DNA of 64,000 nucleotides, taken from contig JAWOEX010000022.1 of assembly GCA_046482545.1 (NCBI GenBank), positions 32,001 through 96,000 of the forward strand, in the 5' to 3' direction. The position numbers and the translations under genes are program-made. The notes beneath the pieces are model-generated. The model worked only from the letters and a program-made list of their open reading frames with translations. It was not told the DNA's origin and searched no databases. This DNA comes from Candidatus Thorarchaeota archaeon. Its GTDB lineage: Archaea; Asgardarchaeota; Thorarchaeia; Thorarchaeales; Thorarchaeaceae. Shown piece by piece: positions 47,141 through 56,455 of this stretch (its first letter is position 1; every line of letters begins with the position of its first letter).

Positions 47141-48131
47141 GCTCAATATTGACATCGACAATATTACCAGTATTTGCACTCTCTCTAGCAGCTTCTACAA
47201 TTTTGAGGGCTGCAACTCCATCGTCAAGGCCGACTCGCGGTGCTCTCCCAGTTTCGATACTGTTGAGAAAATCGTTTATGACCTCTTGGACTGGTTCGCC
47301 ATAGACCTTTATTGTTGCTCCCCTTTCTGGTAGATGAATTGTCTGACTATCGGCTGATGGTTCTTGGTCAAGATCCTGTAACTTGATTATTTGACCGAAA
47401 AGATCCAGAATCAGGTTTCCTTTCCCCCCTGAAGCATCCATGCTTCGCCGTCTTCCAGCATACTGACGTGAAAGGTGGAACACATGCTCGGTGCCATTCT
47501 CAAATCGTACCATAATCGTCGCAGAATTGAACACTCCTTCCTTTTTGTGCCCTTGGGCATATAGTGTTCCCTTGCCGTGACTAATCCGCGCCATTATGTC
47601 GAAATCATGCACGCCAATATCCTGAAAGACATCCCCAAGTGAAGGAATCCTACTGGTTTGGACATACCCTCTTCGGTCATGAATGATAGTTCTGGGATCA
47701 CCAATGGTACCATTGTTGATTAGATTGAGTGCTCTATCAACCACAGGATTGTAGATTTCGGAATGTGAAACCACCACGCCTATCCCTTTTGCTTTCAGAA
47801 CACTTGCTACTCTCTTGGCATCTTCAAGTGTACTCGCAAGCGGCTTTTCAATGAGAAGACCTCTGATAGCATCATATTCTTCAGCAATGGACTGTGCTAT
47901 CTCAGCATGAGTAGAGGTTGGTGTTGAAATTATCACTCCGTCGATCTGTTTGCCCTCTATCATTGCTTGATAGCTATCGAACGCGTCGACCCCATATTTG
48001 TTGGCAATCAGCGTTGCCTTTTCTATGTCGATGTCTGCGATTCCGGCGAGGGCGCGCACGTTATGTAGGACTCTTGCATGAATCTGACCCATATTACCGG
48101 CGCCGACTATTCCAATCTGTGGAGCTTTCAT
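47133..48131 (-). CDS. Gfo/Idh/MocA-family oxidoreductase
   Basis: IGIVGAGNMG..H, TPT.TH, EKP, D.GVHD.D. Confidence 0.9.
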   Translation of the reverse strand: MKAPQIGIVGAGNMGQIHARVLHNVRALAGIADIDIEKATLIANKYGVDAFDSYQAMIEGKQIDGVIISTPTSTHAEIAQSIAEEYDAIRGLLIEKPLASTLEDAKRVASVLKAKGIGVVVSHSEIYNPVVDRALNLINNGTIGDPRTIIHDRRGYVQTSRIPSLGDVFQDIGVHDFDIMARISHGKGTLYAQGHKKEGVFNSATIMVRFENGTEHVFHLSRQYAGRRRSMDASGGKGNLILDLFGQIIKLQDLDQEPSADSQTIHLPERGATIKVYGEPVQEVINDFLNSIETGRAPRVGLDDGVAALKIVEAARESANTGNIVDVNIEPR

Positions 48132-48230
48132 CTTCCTATACTCCGCTTATGCTGGAGAGCCATGAAAACTCCCTTTATAGCTTGTCATGGTTATGAAACA
48201 CCTGCTAGGTAAACTTCAGTAGAAGTAATA

Positions 48231-48318
48231 TGGTGCGGAGGGCGAGATTTGAACTCGCGAACTCCTACGAGACTAGGCCCTCAACCTAGCACCTTTGGCC
48301 TGGCTTGGTAACCTCCGC
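48231..48318 (-). tRNA. tRNA-Leu (GAG)
   Basis: GCGGAGG...CTAGG-TT-GAG-GG-CCTAG, long variable arm, GAGTTCAAATCTC, CCTCCGC-A-CCA. Confidence 0.96.
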
Positions 48319-48664
48319 ATATACTCTTAGTAGGGTCGCAGGCCTAGCGGGGCAAGTGACACTTTTTACCTTTTCGGGATGACAATAATCTTGAAAAATA
48401 GTAACAGGATGAATGGGGGAAAAACCCACAAGGAGCGAAGAGAACCTTCGCCTGTACACAACAAACTGGGTTAACCTAACGCCGTGCTCAACTATCTCGT
48501 GATAGCTACAAACCATTCAAGCGGCGGGAAATCGCGTCTCTTCTTCTGTTTCTTACATTTAGTATCACTCAAATTTATTCACCTCCTACTTCTTAATACA
48601 TGGGGATTTACACTGATAATATCTATGAAATGTATATTGGATGATGTATAGAAATAGAAGTTGA

Positions 48665-48770
48665 TGGAGCCCCGGGCGGGAGTTTCGTCCACACGGATAC
48701 TGTTATGGAATTCGAACCCGCGGTTTTCTGCTTACGAAGCAGACGCCTTCAACCACTTGGCCACCGAGGC
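48665..48770 (-). tRNA. tRNA-Thr (CGT) with a 29-nt T-loop intron at 59/60 (intron 48682-48710)
   Basis: TCTGC-TT-CGT-AA-GCAGA anticodon arm, C2-G71 and U73. The BHB motif GGG TTCG AA^T TCCA...TGGA CGAA AC^T CCC restores GGGTTCGAATCCC after splicing. Confidence 0.93.
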
Positions 48771-48799
48771 CCGTCTAATGGCGACTCTCCTTAGTATGG

Positions 48800-48806
48800 T
48801 TATAAA
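48800..48806 (-). promoter_or_regulatory. putative TATA box of tRNA-Thr
   Basis: TTTATAA about 30 nt upstream of the tRNA 5' end on the minus strand. Confidence 0.5.
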
Positions 48807-48849
48807 CATTTATCATTAGACTTCAGGGAGCCATTCATGGAGTGCAGCG

Positions 48850-49839
48850 ATGGAAAATGAGGATATAGGCGAACGGGAATTCTTGTCAAACATCAAACAT
48901 CTTGTTCGAAAGATACCCGGGTCGCGTCTTGGCTTCGATGATGATGCATCTGATATTCCCTTGAACGAGAAGGAGAGCATAGTCATCAATGTAGACACCT
49001 TTGTGACAAGTACAGACAAGCTTCCTGGGATGAGCTATGCACAAGCTGGACGAAAAACAGCGGTCATGACACTTAGTGATTTAGCTGCAAAAGGTGCCTC
49101 TCCTCAGGGTATGCTACTATCAGCATGTATTGGCGAAGATTCCGAGACTGAATCCATTTACGAGTGTATTCGTGGTTTCTCACAGTATTGTCTCAAGTCT
49201 GATGTACCATTTCTTGGAGGTGATTTGGGGCACTCGAAGGAGATTATTCTGACAGGTGTTGGCATTGGAACGGCATCACCAGCAGATATTGTGAAACGAC
49301 GTGGCGCGCAACTAGGGGACATCATTACGGTTACTGATACTTTCGGTCTAAGTTCGGTGGCATTCAAAGTTCTGATTGATGGTTATTCCGCAGAAGAGAA
49401 CCTGAGGAACAGAGCCATCAAGGCAGCATACAAACCCAGTATTCATCCGCGTATCATCTCAGAACTATCGAAGGATTCCTTAGTAACCTCTTCAATGGAT
49501 AGCAGTGATGGTCTTGGTATCACCTTGAATACCATGGCACAACACAGCGGCAATCTCTTTTTGATAGACCGATTGCCTGTTGCTGCTGGTGTGGAGGGAT
49601 TCGCTGAGAGCCATGACCTTGATGTCATGGAGTTGGTCATGCAAGGCGGAGAAGAATTCAGTTTGGTACTTACAGTCTTACCGGACCAGTGGGATGATGC
49701 TGTAGCAATTGCAGAACGCGAAGGGACAAAACTACTACCTATAGGAAAAGTGAGAGAAGGATCTGGAGTCAGATATATGAGCGATTCCACTGAAACAGTA
49801 ATTCCAGCAAAGGGCTATGATGTTCTTAAGAAGGGGTGA
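48850..49839 (+). CDS. thiL: thiamine-monophosphate kinase
   Basis: GERE, DDA, SDLAAKGA.P, GGD, MDSSDGL, GGEEFSL. Confidence 0.93.
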   Translation: MENEDIGEREFLSNIKHLVRKIPGSRLGFDDDASDIPLNEKESIVINVDTFVTSTDKLPGMSYAQAGRKTAVMTLSDLAAKGASPQGMLLSACIGEDSETESIYECIRGFSQYCLKSDVPFLGGDLGHSKEIILTGVGIGTASPADIVKRRGAQLGDIITVTDTFGLSSVAFKVLIDGYSAEENLRNRAIKAAYKPSIHPRIISELSKDSLVTSSMDSSDGLGITLNTMAQHSGNLFLIDRLPVAAGVEGFAESHDLDVMELVMQGGEEFSLVLTVLPDQWDDAVAIAEREGTKLLPIGKVREGSGVRYMSDSTETVIPAKGYDVLKKG

Positions 49840-51575
49840 AATGGCTGGAGCGTGTTTTCATCATTGATGGTTATGTCGATGAGCCAACGTGCTTGGGTGT
49901 TCCACCCTATCTGGCTACGTATCCACGATATGTAGCAGGATCAATCTGGACTCGATTACCTCATGCTGAAATTATCTATCAAACAATTGACGCCGTACGG
50001 AAGAACCCTGCAGCGTCTATTGAGGCTTGGACGTCAGCTGACCTTCTTGTTCTCATCGCTGGGATGATAGTTCCAGGCAAGTATCTTGGAGGGAATCCAA
50101 TCTCGGTACGAGAAGCTCAAGAAATCTTCTCTGCAGGACTTATATCGAACATAGCGAAGATATTAGTTGGTCCTTGGGCTAGATTTGGATGTGGCCTAGA
50201 AGGTGGAAAGCAGGCCCTCCACCCTGATGTTCTTTCTCCACCATTTGATTCTATTGTTGATGGTGATGCTGGAGCAGTCTTGGATGAGTATCTAACGGAG
50301 AATACTCATCCAAAAGAGCTAGACCCCACTCGAAAGAGAGAGGACTATGAAAAATTTGAAGAATCCGTAATAAGGGGCACACACATCGTAACTCAACATC
50401 CCGGTTATCCGCAGAAACACCTCATATGTGAAATTGAAACATATTCTGGTTGCCCTCGATACCTAAGTGGTGGCTGTTCCTTTTGCGTTGAACCATTGCA
50501 AGGATCTCCCAAGCAACGGTCAGTAGATGCAATACTGCAAGAAATCGAGTCTCTATATCAGCAAGGTATTCGGGCTTTTCGTATAGGCAATCAACCAGAC
50601 CTCTTCACATACGGATCACAGGAAATGTCAGTGGAGGAATTTCCAAAACCTTCCCCAGATACGATTGAACGTCTATTTTCTGGAATCCGTTCAGTAGCAC
50701 CAACTTTGGAGGTACTTCATGTGGACAATATCAACCCCGGAACTATAGCTCATCATCCTGAAGAGAGTAGAAGTATCGCAAAGACAATAGTGAAGCATCA
50801 TACACCAGGGGATGTAGCTGCTTTTGGAGTAGAATCATTTGATCCACGGGTGGTCAAGGAAAACAATCTCAAAGCTTCAGGCGATGAGATTATCGAAGCT
50901 GTCCGGATACTCAATGAAGTTGGTGCTAAGCGAATGGGCCGTGGTTTGCCCCATCTTTTGCCCGGAATCAACCTTCTGTATGGACTTCCTGGTGAGAGAA
51001 CCCAAACAATCGAGTACAATATGGACTATCTGCTTAGAATCTTACAGGAAGGGCTAGTGCTCCGAAGAATCAATATTCGTCAAGTCATTCAGATTCCTGG
51101 CACTCGGGCATCTGGTATGGATAAAAGCAAACTTGATCAACACGAATTCTACCGTCACAAAAGAAAGGTTCGCGAAAATATTGACCTTCCTATGATAAAG
51201 CGTGTTGCTCCACAAGGTACAGTTATCCATTCTGCGTTTGTGGAGACTCAACGGGGGAAAAATGTACTATTAAGAACTCTTGGAACTTACCCCTTGTTAT
51301 GTCATATGCCAAATGGAAGACATCATGATACTCGAATGGACCTCGTAGTCGTCGACCATGGTCCGAGAAGCCTAACTGTTCTTCCATACCCTATCAGGCC
51401 CGAAAAGATGAGCCTACGCCAGTGGAGCGCTATTCCCGGCATCGGTACAAAGAGAGCTGCTCGACTCAAGATTGCATCTGGGTCTAAGAACCATTGGGCA
51501 ATCAGAGAATCTGTAGATATGGAGATGCCTGTATGGTTGATTGACTCACTCTCAACTGATGCTTGCGAATCTTAA
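49836..51575 (+). CDS. archaeal radical SAM protein with C-terminal HhH motif (COG1031-like)
   Basis: IIDGYVDEPTCLGVPPY, EIETYSGCPRYLSGGCSFC, LHVDN.NPG, LRRINIRQV, IPGIG.KRA. Confidence 0.85.
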   Translation: MKWLERVFIIDGYVDEPTCLGVPPYLATYPRYVAGSIWTRLPHAEIIYQTIDAVRKNPAASIEAWTSADLLVLIAGMIVPGKYLGGNPISVREAQEIFSAGLISNIAKILVGPWARFGCGLEGGKQALHPDVLSPPFDSIVDGDAGAVLDEYLTENTHPKELDPTRKREDYEKFEESVIRGTHIVTQHPGYPQKHLICEIETYSGCPRYLSGGCSFCVEPLQGSPKQRSVDAILQEIESLYQQGIRAFRIGNQPDLFTYGSQEMSVEEFPKPSPDTIERLFSGIRSVAPTLEVLHVDNINPGTIAHHPEESRSIAKTIVKHHTPGDVAAFGVESFDPRVVKENNLKASGDEIIEAVRILNEVGAKRMGRGLPHLLPGINLLYGLPGERTQTIEYNMDYLLRILQEGLVLRRINIRQVIQIPGTRASGMDKSKLDQHEFYRHKRKVRENIDLPMIKRVAPQGTVIHSAFVETQRGKNVLLRTLGTYPLLCHMPNGRHHDTRMDLVVVDHGPRSLTVLPYPIRPEKMSLRQWSAIPGIGTKRAARLKIASGSKNHWAIRESVDMEMPVWLIDSLSTDACES

Positions 51576-51624
51576 AGACGTATAGACTCGGCTACGAAGT
51601 AATCAAATCTCGTTATGATAGAAG

Positions 51625-51727
51625 TGGCGGGCCGGGAGGGACTTGAACCCTCGAAGTCCAACTTTCTTCAAGCCAATGAGTTGGCGTCTAGAAGGCTGGT
51701 GCCCTATCCGGGCTAGGCAACCGGCCC
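51625..51727 (-). tRNA. tRNA-Arg (TCT) with a 25-nt intron at 37/38 (intron 51664-51688)
   Basis: GGGCCGG...CCAGC-CT-TCT-A^intron^A-GTTGG...GGGTTCAAGTCCC...CCGGCCC-G-CCA. CTTC/GAAG forms the central BHB helix. Confidence 0.93.
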
Positions 51728-51879
51728 ATACACTTCCTGCCTGAACTCCATATCGTCATAAAGCTTTCCGCTTAGTCATTGGACTGTCCAACACTGTTCC
51801 ACGGCAGGATTGTCTTCACTCATTCTGTGCTTTAGGAAGCACACGCCTGTGACATTTGAAGGATGGGAATTCAGCGAAT

Positions 51880-52128
51880 TCATTGTACAATGAACGACGG
51901 TGGATAGGTAACAAAGTATTGAACAACAATGGCTAGCACAACCCCTCCAAAGACGAGGCCCTTTCCACGTTTCTGGTTCACCTCTGTAAACCATAATATG
52001 GCTCCTGTAAGAACAACTATGACCGCCGATGAGTACCCGATAAGAATCAGAAAATCCCATATTTCAGCAAAATACGTCATAATCATCTTGGCGAAATTTG
52101 TAAGCGGGCTTAACATTGGGAAATGCAT
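51880..52128 (-). CDS. small 2-TM membrane protein (pilin/VirB2-like hairpin?)
   Basis: Two TM helices separated by a basic loop (QKRGK); paralog of 9699-10208. Confidence 0.6.
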   Translation of the reverse strand: MHFPMLSPLTNFAKMIMTYFAEIWDFLILIGYSSAVIVVLTGAILWFTEVNQKRGKGLVFGGVVLAIVVQYFVTYPPSFIVQ

Positions 52129-52224
52129 CGTATCTCACAGATTTAGATATGTTGATACCAAATTTAAGGTCGTGAAATCGGTTCTTACAGTCAACTAGGT
52201 TAGTAGATACAACCTGAAATGATT

Positions 52225-53031
52225 CTAGTTTCTCATCAATCCTCTGCAGAACGCGTCAATGTTGAGTCCAAGGTCCGCATGGTTGTACCCCCCTTCGAGA
52301 ACTCCGTATCTCCGTCCATCACATCTTTTCTTGGCATAAGTACTAATGATTCTCCCGATTTCACGAAACGCTTCGGTTGAGAGATTCCCACCCCACCCCT
52401 CTTTGTACTGATCGAAACCAGCTGACGCAACGATAACATCTACTGGTGGACTGTTGGCAAGCATATCTTCGATCTCGGATAGATACGCTTCGTCTCCTTT
52501 GCTGCTGGGATTGTGGATTACAAAGTTGTCATCAGCACCTAAAATATTGATAGTGCCGTCGCCAGTGTGCAAATCGAAGTCGAGAATAAATGCTGATTCT
52601 ATGATTTTCTCCGCTCGCAAATCTAGCAGCGAAATTGCTACATTGTTGAAATAACAGAAACCCCAATACCCCCGTCTTGAAGCATGATGTCCAGGCGGCC
52701 TAACAAGAGCGAATGAAGGGATTCCTTCAGCGGCAATATGTGCAGCTCTTATTGCTCCTCCAGCAGCTAAAGTCGCTAATCGATAAACTTCCGCAATAGA
52801 GGAACCATAATCCTCTTCTGAGACACTATTAACATGAGATTTAGCGTGTGCGCGTAAAATTTGCTCCTTCGTTGCAGGCTCAGGTTCTACAAATTCATAT
52901 TCAGTGCTGCTCTTGAGAATTTCTATTGTTGTGTCTAGTCTTCCAGGTGCACCTGCTGGTGTCCTGTCATAAGATTTCTGCATGTCTGGGTGGTATACAA
53001 TCTGCAATTCTTGTCTCATCCAATGGTGCAT
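52225..53031 (-). CDS. histone deacetylase family (Zn-dependent) protein
   Basis: RPPGHHA, GFCYFNN, DFDLHTGDGT, SAGFD, LEGGY. Confidence 0.93.
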   Translation of the reverse strand: MHHWMRQELQIVYHPDMQKSYDRTPAGAPGRLDTTIEILKSSTEYEFVEPEPATKEQILRAHAKSHVNSVSEEDYGSSIAEVYRLATLAAGGAIRAAHIAAEGIPSFALVRPPGHHASRRGYWGFCYFNNVAISLLDLRAEKIIESAFILDFDLHTGDGTINILGADDNFVIHNPSSKGDEAYLSEIEDMLANSPPVDVIVASAGFDQYKEGWGGNLSTEAFREIGRIISTYAKKRCDGRRYGVLEGGYNHADLGLNIDAFCRGLMRN

Positions 53032-53116
53032 CTAAACGACTTGCTCAGAAGTATTCAGTATTCCATTCATCTACTTTGCCTTGTTTAAGAATTGCTTAGG
53101 AAAAACTTAGAGTGCG

Positions 53117-53142
53117 GGGCAGAAATCTTGCGGTTTCTGCCC
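53117..53142 (-). terminator. GC-rich hairpin downstream of the rpl12 operon
   Basis: gggcagaaa-cc-GCAA-ga-tttctgccc on the minus strand, followed after about 11 nt by a T-tract. Confidence 0.45.
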
Positions 53143-53179
53143 TTTGAAATCATGAAGGAGACGAACTGCCGGGGCTTTT

Positions 53180-53479
53180 CTATCCAAATAGGCTGCCCAA
53201 TCCCTCGGTAGCTTCATCTTCCTCTTCTTCTTCCTCTTCTTCCTCTTCCTCAGCAGGCTCTTCAGCAGGTCCTTCTCCTGCGGTAGCTGCGGGTGCAGCT
53301 GGCATTGCTGCACTCTTCAGGGCATCGTCAATATCGACACCATCGAGAGCGGCAATCAGGGCCTTAATCCTGCCCGGTTCAGCCTCTATATCAGCCGCCT
53401 TAAGGACAGCCTCCATATTATCTGATTCAATCTCTTTGCCTGCTTTATGAAGCAGTAGTGCTGCGTATACATATTCCAT
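53180..53479 (-). CDS. rpl12: 50S ribosomal protein P1 (L12)
   Basis: [11 protein letters not shown], Ala-rich hinge, acidic tail ending GLGSLFG. Confidence 0.97.
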   Translation of the reverse strand: MEYVYAALLLHKAGKEIESDNMEAVLKAADIEAEPGRIKALIAALDGVDIDDALKSAAMPAAPAATAGEGPAEEPAEEEEEEEEEEEDEATEGLGSLFG

Positions 53480-53506
53480 CTCTTGATACCTCTCTAAATT
53501 ATTCTC

Positions 53507-54529
53507 TTATCCGAACATTGTTCCTAGGCCTTCGGTTGCCTCTACTTCATCATCCTCATCCTCTTCGTCATCGCTCCCATCAACCTCTGGTTTTGCCTGA
53601 GCTTGCTGTGCCGGAGATGCAGTTGGAACAGAACTGATCTCATCAATGAGTTCTGAGGGTATTGCGTCAGGATTCTCATCAGCAATCTGCTTTGCTAATG
53701 CTAGTGATTCTGCGTTGGCCTTTGCAAGAAAGTCACCCATCATGTCTGGCACCACAAAACCGGTGCTTAGAGCTAGGCTCTTGGCCTCTCTATCAGCCTT
53801 AGCTATGACCATCGGAATAGTGTCAGCTGTGGGATAGCCTGCATTGATTGACAGATTGACTGCGTACTGGTGACCAATGATGACTTCCTTGAATAGGTCT
53901 TGAAGGTCAGTTTCAAGGTCGTTCTCGATCAGAAGTGCGCCATCGGCATACGCTGCAATAAGTTTCAACTGCAATTCCATAGGTTCTATGCCCAGTCTTC
54001 CGAGCATCTGTGCCATGGCATTGGATACGATTTTCCCTGCTTCAACCGCAACGGTTTCTTCGGTGATATGAATAACGCCACCTTTTACACGCGAGGGGAT
54101 GTCGAGGGCTGCTAGCTCACTGATAAAGGGACCGGGTGCAACTCCAGTATTCATTGATGGGACAATGATGTCTTTTGGTGTAACCTGACCACCCTTTGCT
54201 GGTGCTGCAGCTTTATTTTCTCTCAAGAATTGACTGAGCTTAAAGGGATTCTGATCGCTAAAGACAAAAGCAACTGGTCCTTTTACATGATTCTCAAGTT
54301 TCTGAATACCCTCCTTGTCCACCTTTTCGATGGCCCTTTTCATAAGGGTATTTCGTGCCATTTTGATAACGGCTGAGCCTCTAAGGCTTTCTCGGATACC
54401 ATGCATTTGCTTGGCACCAACGCCTTCAACATTGACAAGACCAACCATCTCGCTATCTTCAATCATGTCACTGAGTTTCTTTACCATGTCCTTCTTCCAT
54501 TGTGGAACCTTGTGTTCATATACTGTCAT
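53507..54529 (-). CDS. rpl10: 50S ribosomal protein uL10 (P0)
   Basis: VPQWK, RNTL, A.AK.G, TG..PGP, LGIEPM, acidic tail GLGTMFG. Confidence 0.96.
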   Translation of the reverse strand: MTVYEHKVPQWKKDMVKKLSDMIEDSEMVGLVNVEGVGAKQMHGIRESLRGSAVIKMARNTLMKRAIEKVDKEGIQKLENHVKGPVAFVFSDQNPFKLSQFLRENKAAAPAKGGQVTPKDIIVPSMNTGVAPGPFISELAALDIPSRVKGGVIHITEETVAVEAGKIVSNAMAQMLGRLGIEPMELQLKLIAAYADGALLIENDLETDLQDLFKEVIIGHQYAVNLSINAGYPTADTIPMVIAKADREAKSLALSTGFVVPDMMGDFLAKANAESLALAKQIADENPDAIPSELIDEISSVPTASPAQQAQAKPEVDGSDDEEDEDDEVEATEGLGTMFG

Positions 54530-54541
54530 GCATCTCACCCC

Positions 54542-55201
54542 TTATCGTGGTACTTCGATTGCTGGGCCCATGGTTGTCTTCACATAGACGCTTTCAACTC
54601 TCCGAGATAGCCCCTTATCCCGTACAAAGTCGATTACTGCATCAGTGTTTTCAGCTATCTGCTCGTCACTCATCCGTTCGTGACCGACTTTAACATGAAA
54701 TGTTGGTGTGTTTCTCATTCTAATTCTGACAGTTCTTTGATACTGCTCAACTACACCACCAAGATTAGCTTCCGGTGGATAGGGTTTGGGCATTTTGCCT
54801 CTAGGACCTAGTAATTGTCCCAAATATCTACCAACAAGCGGCATCGCCTCGCGTGCAGCAATGAAGAAATCATATTCCTTCACTACTGATTTCTGCCTGC
54901 TCTTGTCTTCCCCTATTTCTGCTATTTCTTCTTTGGAAATGACTTTGGATACACCTGCCGCTTTTGCGTTTTCAGCAAATTCTCCGTCACCAAAGGCACA
55001 TACCTTTGACGGGGGATACAATTCATTCGGAAGAATCAATTCTTCGTTAAAGCGGTTTTCCGGGTCAGACATATCAATTTCTTTTGTCCGGAAGTTAACA
55101 GCAGTATCAAAACTCTGTTCGAAGTTTATTCCTCGTGCTATTCCTTTCTCTCTGGCCTCAGATACAGCTTCTTGTATATCATTAAATTCGTATGCCACCA
55201 T
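54542..55201 (-). CDS. rpl1: 50S ribosomal protein uL1
   Basis: NFEQSFD, LGQLLGPRGKMP, VKTTMGP. Confidence 0.97.
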   Translation of the reverse strand: MVAYEFNDIQEAVSEAREKGIARGINFEQSFDTAVNFRTKEIDMSDPENRFNEELILPNELYPPSKVCAFGDGEFAENAKAAGVSKVISKEEIAEIGEDKSRQKSVVKEYDFFIAAREAMPLVGRYLGQLLGPRGKMPKPYPPEANLGGVVEQYQRTVRIRMRNTPTFHVKVGHERMSDEQIAENTDAVIDFVRDKGLSRRVESVYVKTTMGPAIEVPR

Positions 55202-55708
55202 CTACTCCTCCCTAAATGGCTCATCAAGCTGCTCATCCCACTCACCACTGGCCACTTCTTCTTGGAAGACTTTGGGATCCTTCCCTTCAATTGTGACTCC
55301 CATTGACACACAGGTGCCCGCTACAGTTAGAACAGCAGATTTCATATCTAGTGCAGTCAAATCTTTGGCCTTACCCTTTGCAACTTCCTTCAGCTGCTCA
55401 AGGCTTATGTCTCCAACTTTTGTGAGGTTCGGTTCGCCAGAACCTTGTGGTGCACCTACTTGCTTGAGTATGAGTGCACTTGTTGGAGGTGTACCCACCT
55501 CGACTTCGAATTCCTTGGAAGATGGATCAACGATAATGGTGACAGGTACCTTTAGGCCTTTGTATGGTTCAGTAACCTCATTGATTTCTTGCACTACTTG
55601 GTATATATTAACACCAGTTGGACCTAAAGCGGGACCTATTGGAGGCCCACCAGACGCCTTACCGCCTTCCACCATGGCATCCACAGTTATCTTGTTCGCT
55701 TCACTCAT
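55202..55708 (-). CDS. rpl11: 50S ribosomal protein uL11
   Basis: VEGGKASGGPPIGPALGP.G.N, PPTSALI, GTC.SMGV. Start at MSEAN. Confidence 0.97.
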   Translation of the reverse strand: MSEANKITVDAMVEGGKASGGPPIGPALGPTGVNIYQVVQEINEVTEPYKGLKVPVTIIVDPSSKEFEVEVGTPPTSALILKQVGAPQGSGEPNLTKVGDISLEQLKEVAKGKAKDLTALDMKSAVLTVAGTCVSMGVTIEGKDPKVFQEEVASGEWDEQLDEPFREE

Positions 55709-55739
55709 TTCAAACACAACTCCATATGCAGTTGTAGGT

Positions 55740-55863
55740 TCAGACAAATTTGTCTGAGAAATTGTTCGACCTGCCAATGAAAATCAGATTCACACTTGAC
55801 AAGGTCTACTGCATCAGTTGTCACTTTTCATCACCCCAGACATGACGTCAAAGCGTTCATGTC
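55740..55863 (-). promoter_or_regulatory. structured rpl11 leader: 18-bp perfect palindrome, C/D-box (K-turn) module and hairpin
   Basis: tcagacaaatttgtctga (55740-57); minus-strand GTGATGA...CTGA...CTGA (55834-55784); gacatga..tcatgtc hairpin (55839-63). Confidence 0.4.
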
Positions 55864-55920
55864 CGATTAAGGAGCTACAATGTGGTTGACTCGTAGTCAG
55901 GTTTTAAGCATTGTGGACTA

Positions 55921-56455
55921 GTATAACCCGCTTCTTACAGTTCAGCAAACTCAACCTGTTTGAATCTTCTATGTTCCACCCTGCCCCTGCCAGCCTCACC
56001 GCCCCTTTCGGCCCTTCAGTTGGCAGAGGTTTTGTCCATGTTTATCCCAATGGGTTCTTCGCACGGTCTAGGCTTTGTCTGCTTATCATCATCCCGGGTC
56101 AACACTCCCGGTGAGAGGAAATCCTTCCACAGTTCTTACCCCTGCGGGGTCATAATCATCTGACCCAGCTTTGTCACCGCCGCCGAGAAGGTTCATTTGG
56201 ACATGGAGCTTCGCCGCACCAGTCCGGAATCAATGACTTAGGATGACTTCTCCAATAGATGAAGAAAATATCATTTTGCTATGATGATTTCTTATTTGAG
56301 AAGATAGATGACACCAATCTTTCCCAGAATGAATTCAAATACTCAATCTTGATTATTCAAGGCTTTTCTTGGTTCAGAAAAATTGTAGGGCTTCAGGGAG
56401 ATTTCACAAAGGTTTTACATCTTGACATGCTGATTTTTTAGGATTTTGTAAGATT
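55921..56455. mobile_element. copy B of the ~540-bp structured non-coding element, between spt5 and rpl11
   Basis: Aligns with copy A at both ends and over about 330 nt. One end abuts the spt5 stop codon, and it interrupts the normally tight spt5-rpl11 junction. Confidence 0.7.

Noticed and set aside
54786-55757. Long antisense ORFs (e.g. 54786-55757, 59496-60269, 1324-1857, 36750-37346)
   Set aside because: These are shadows of well-supported genes on the opposite strand and contain no motifs.
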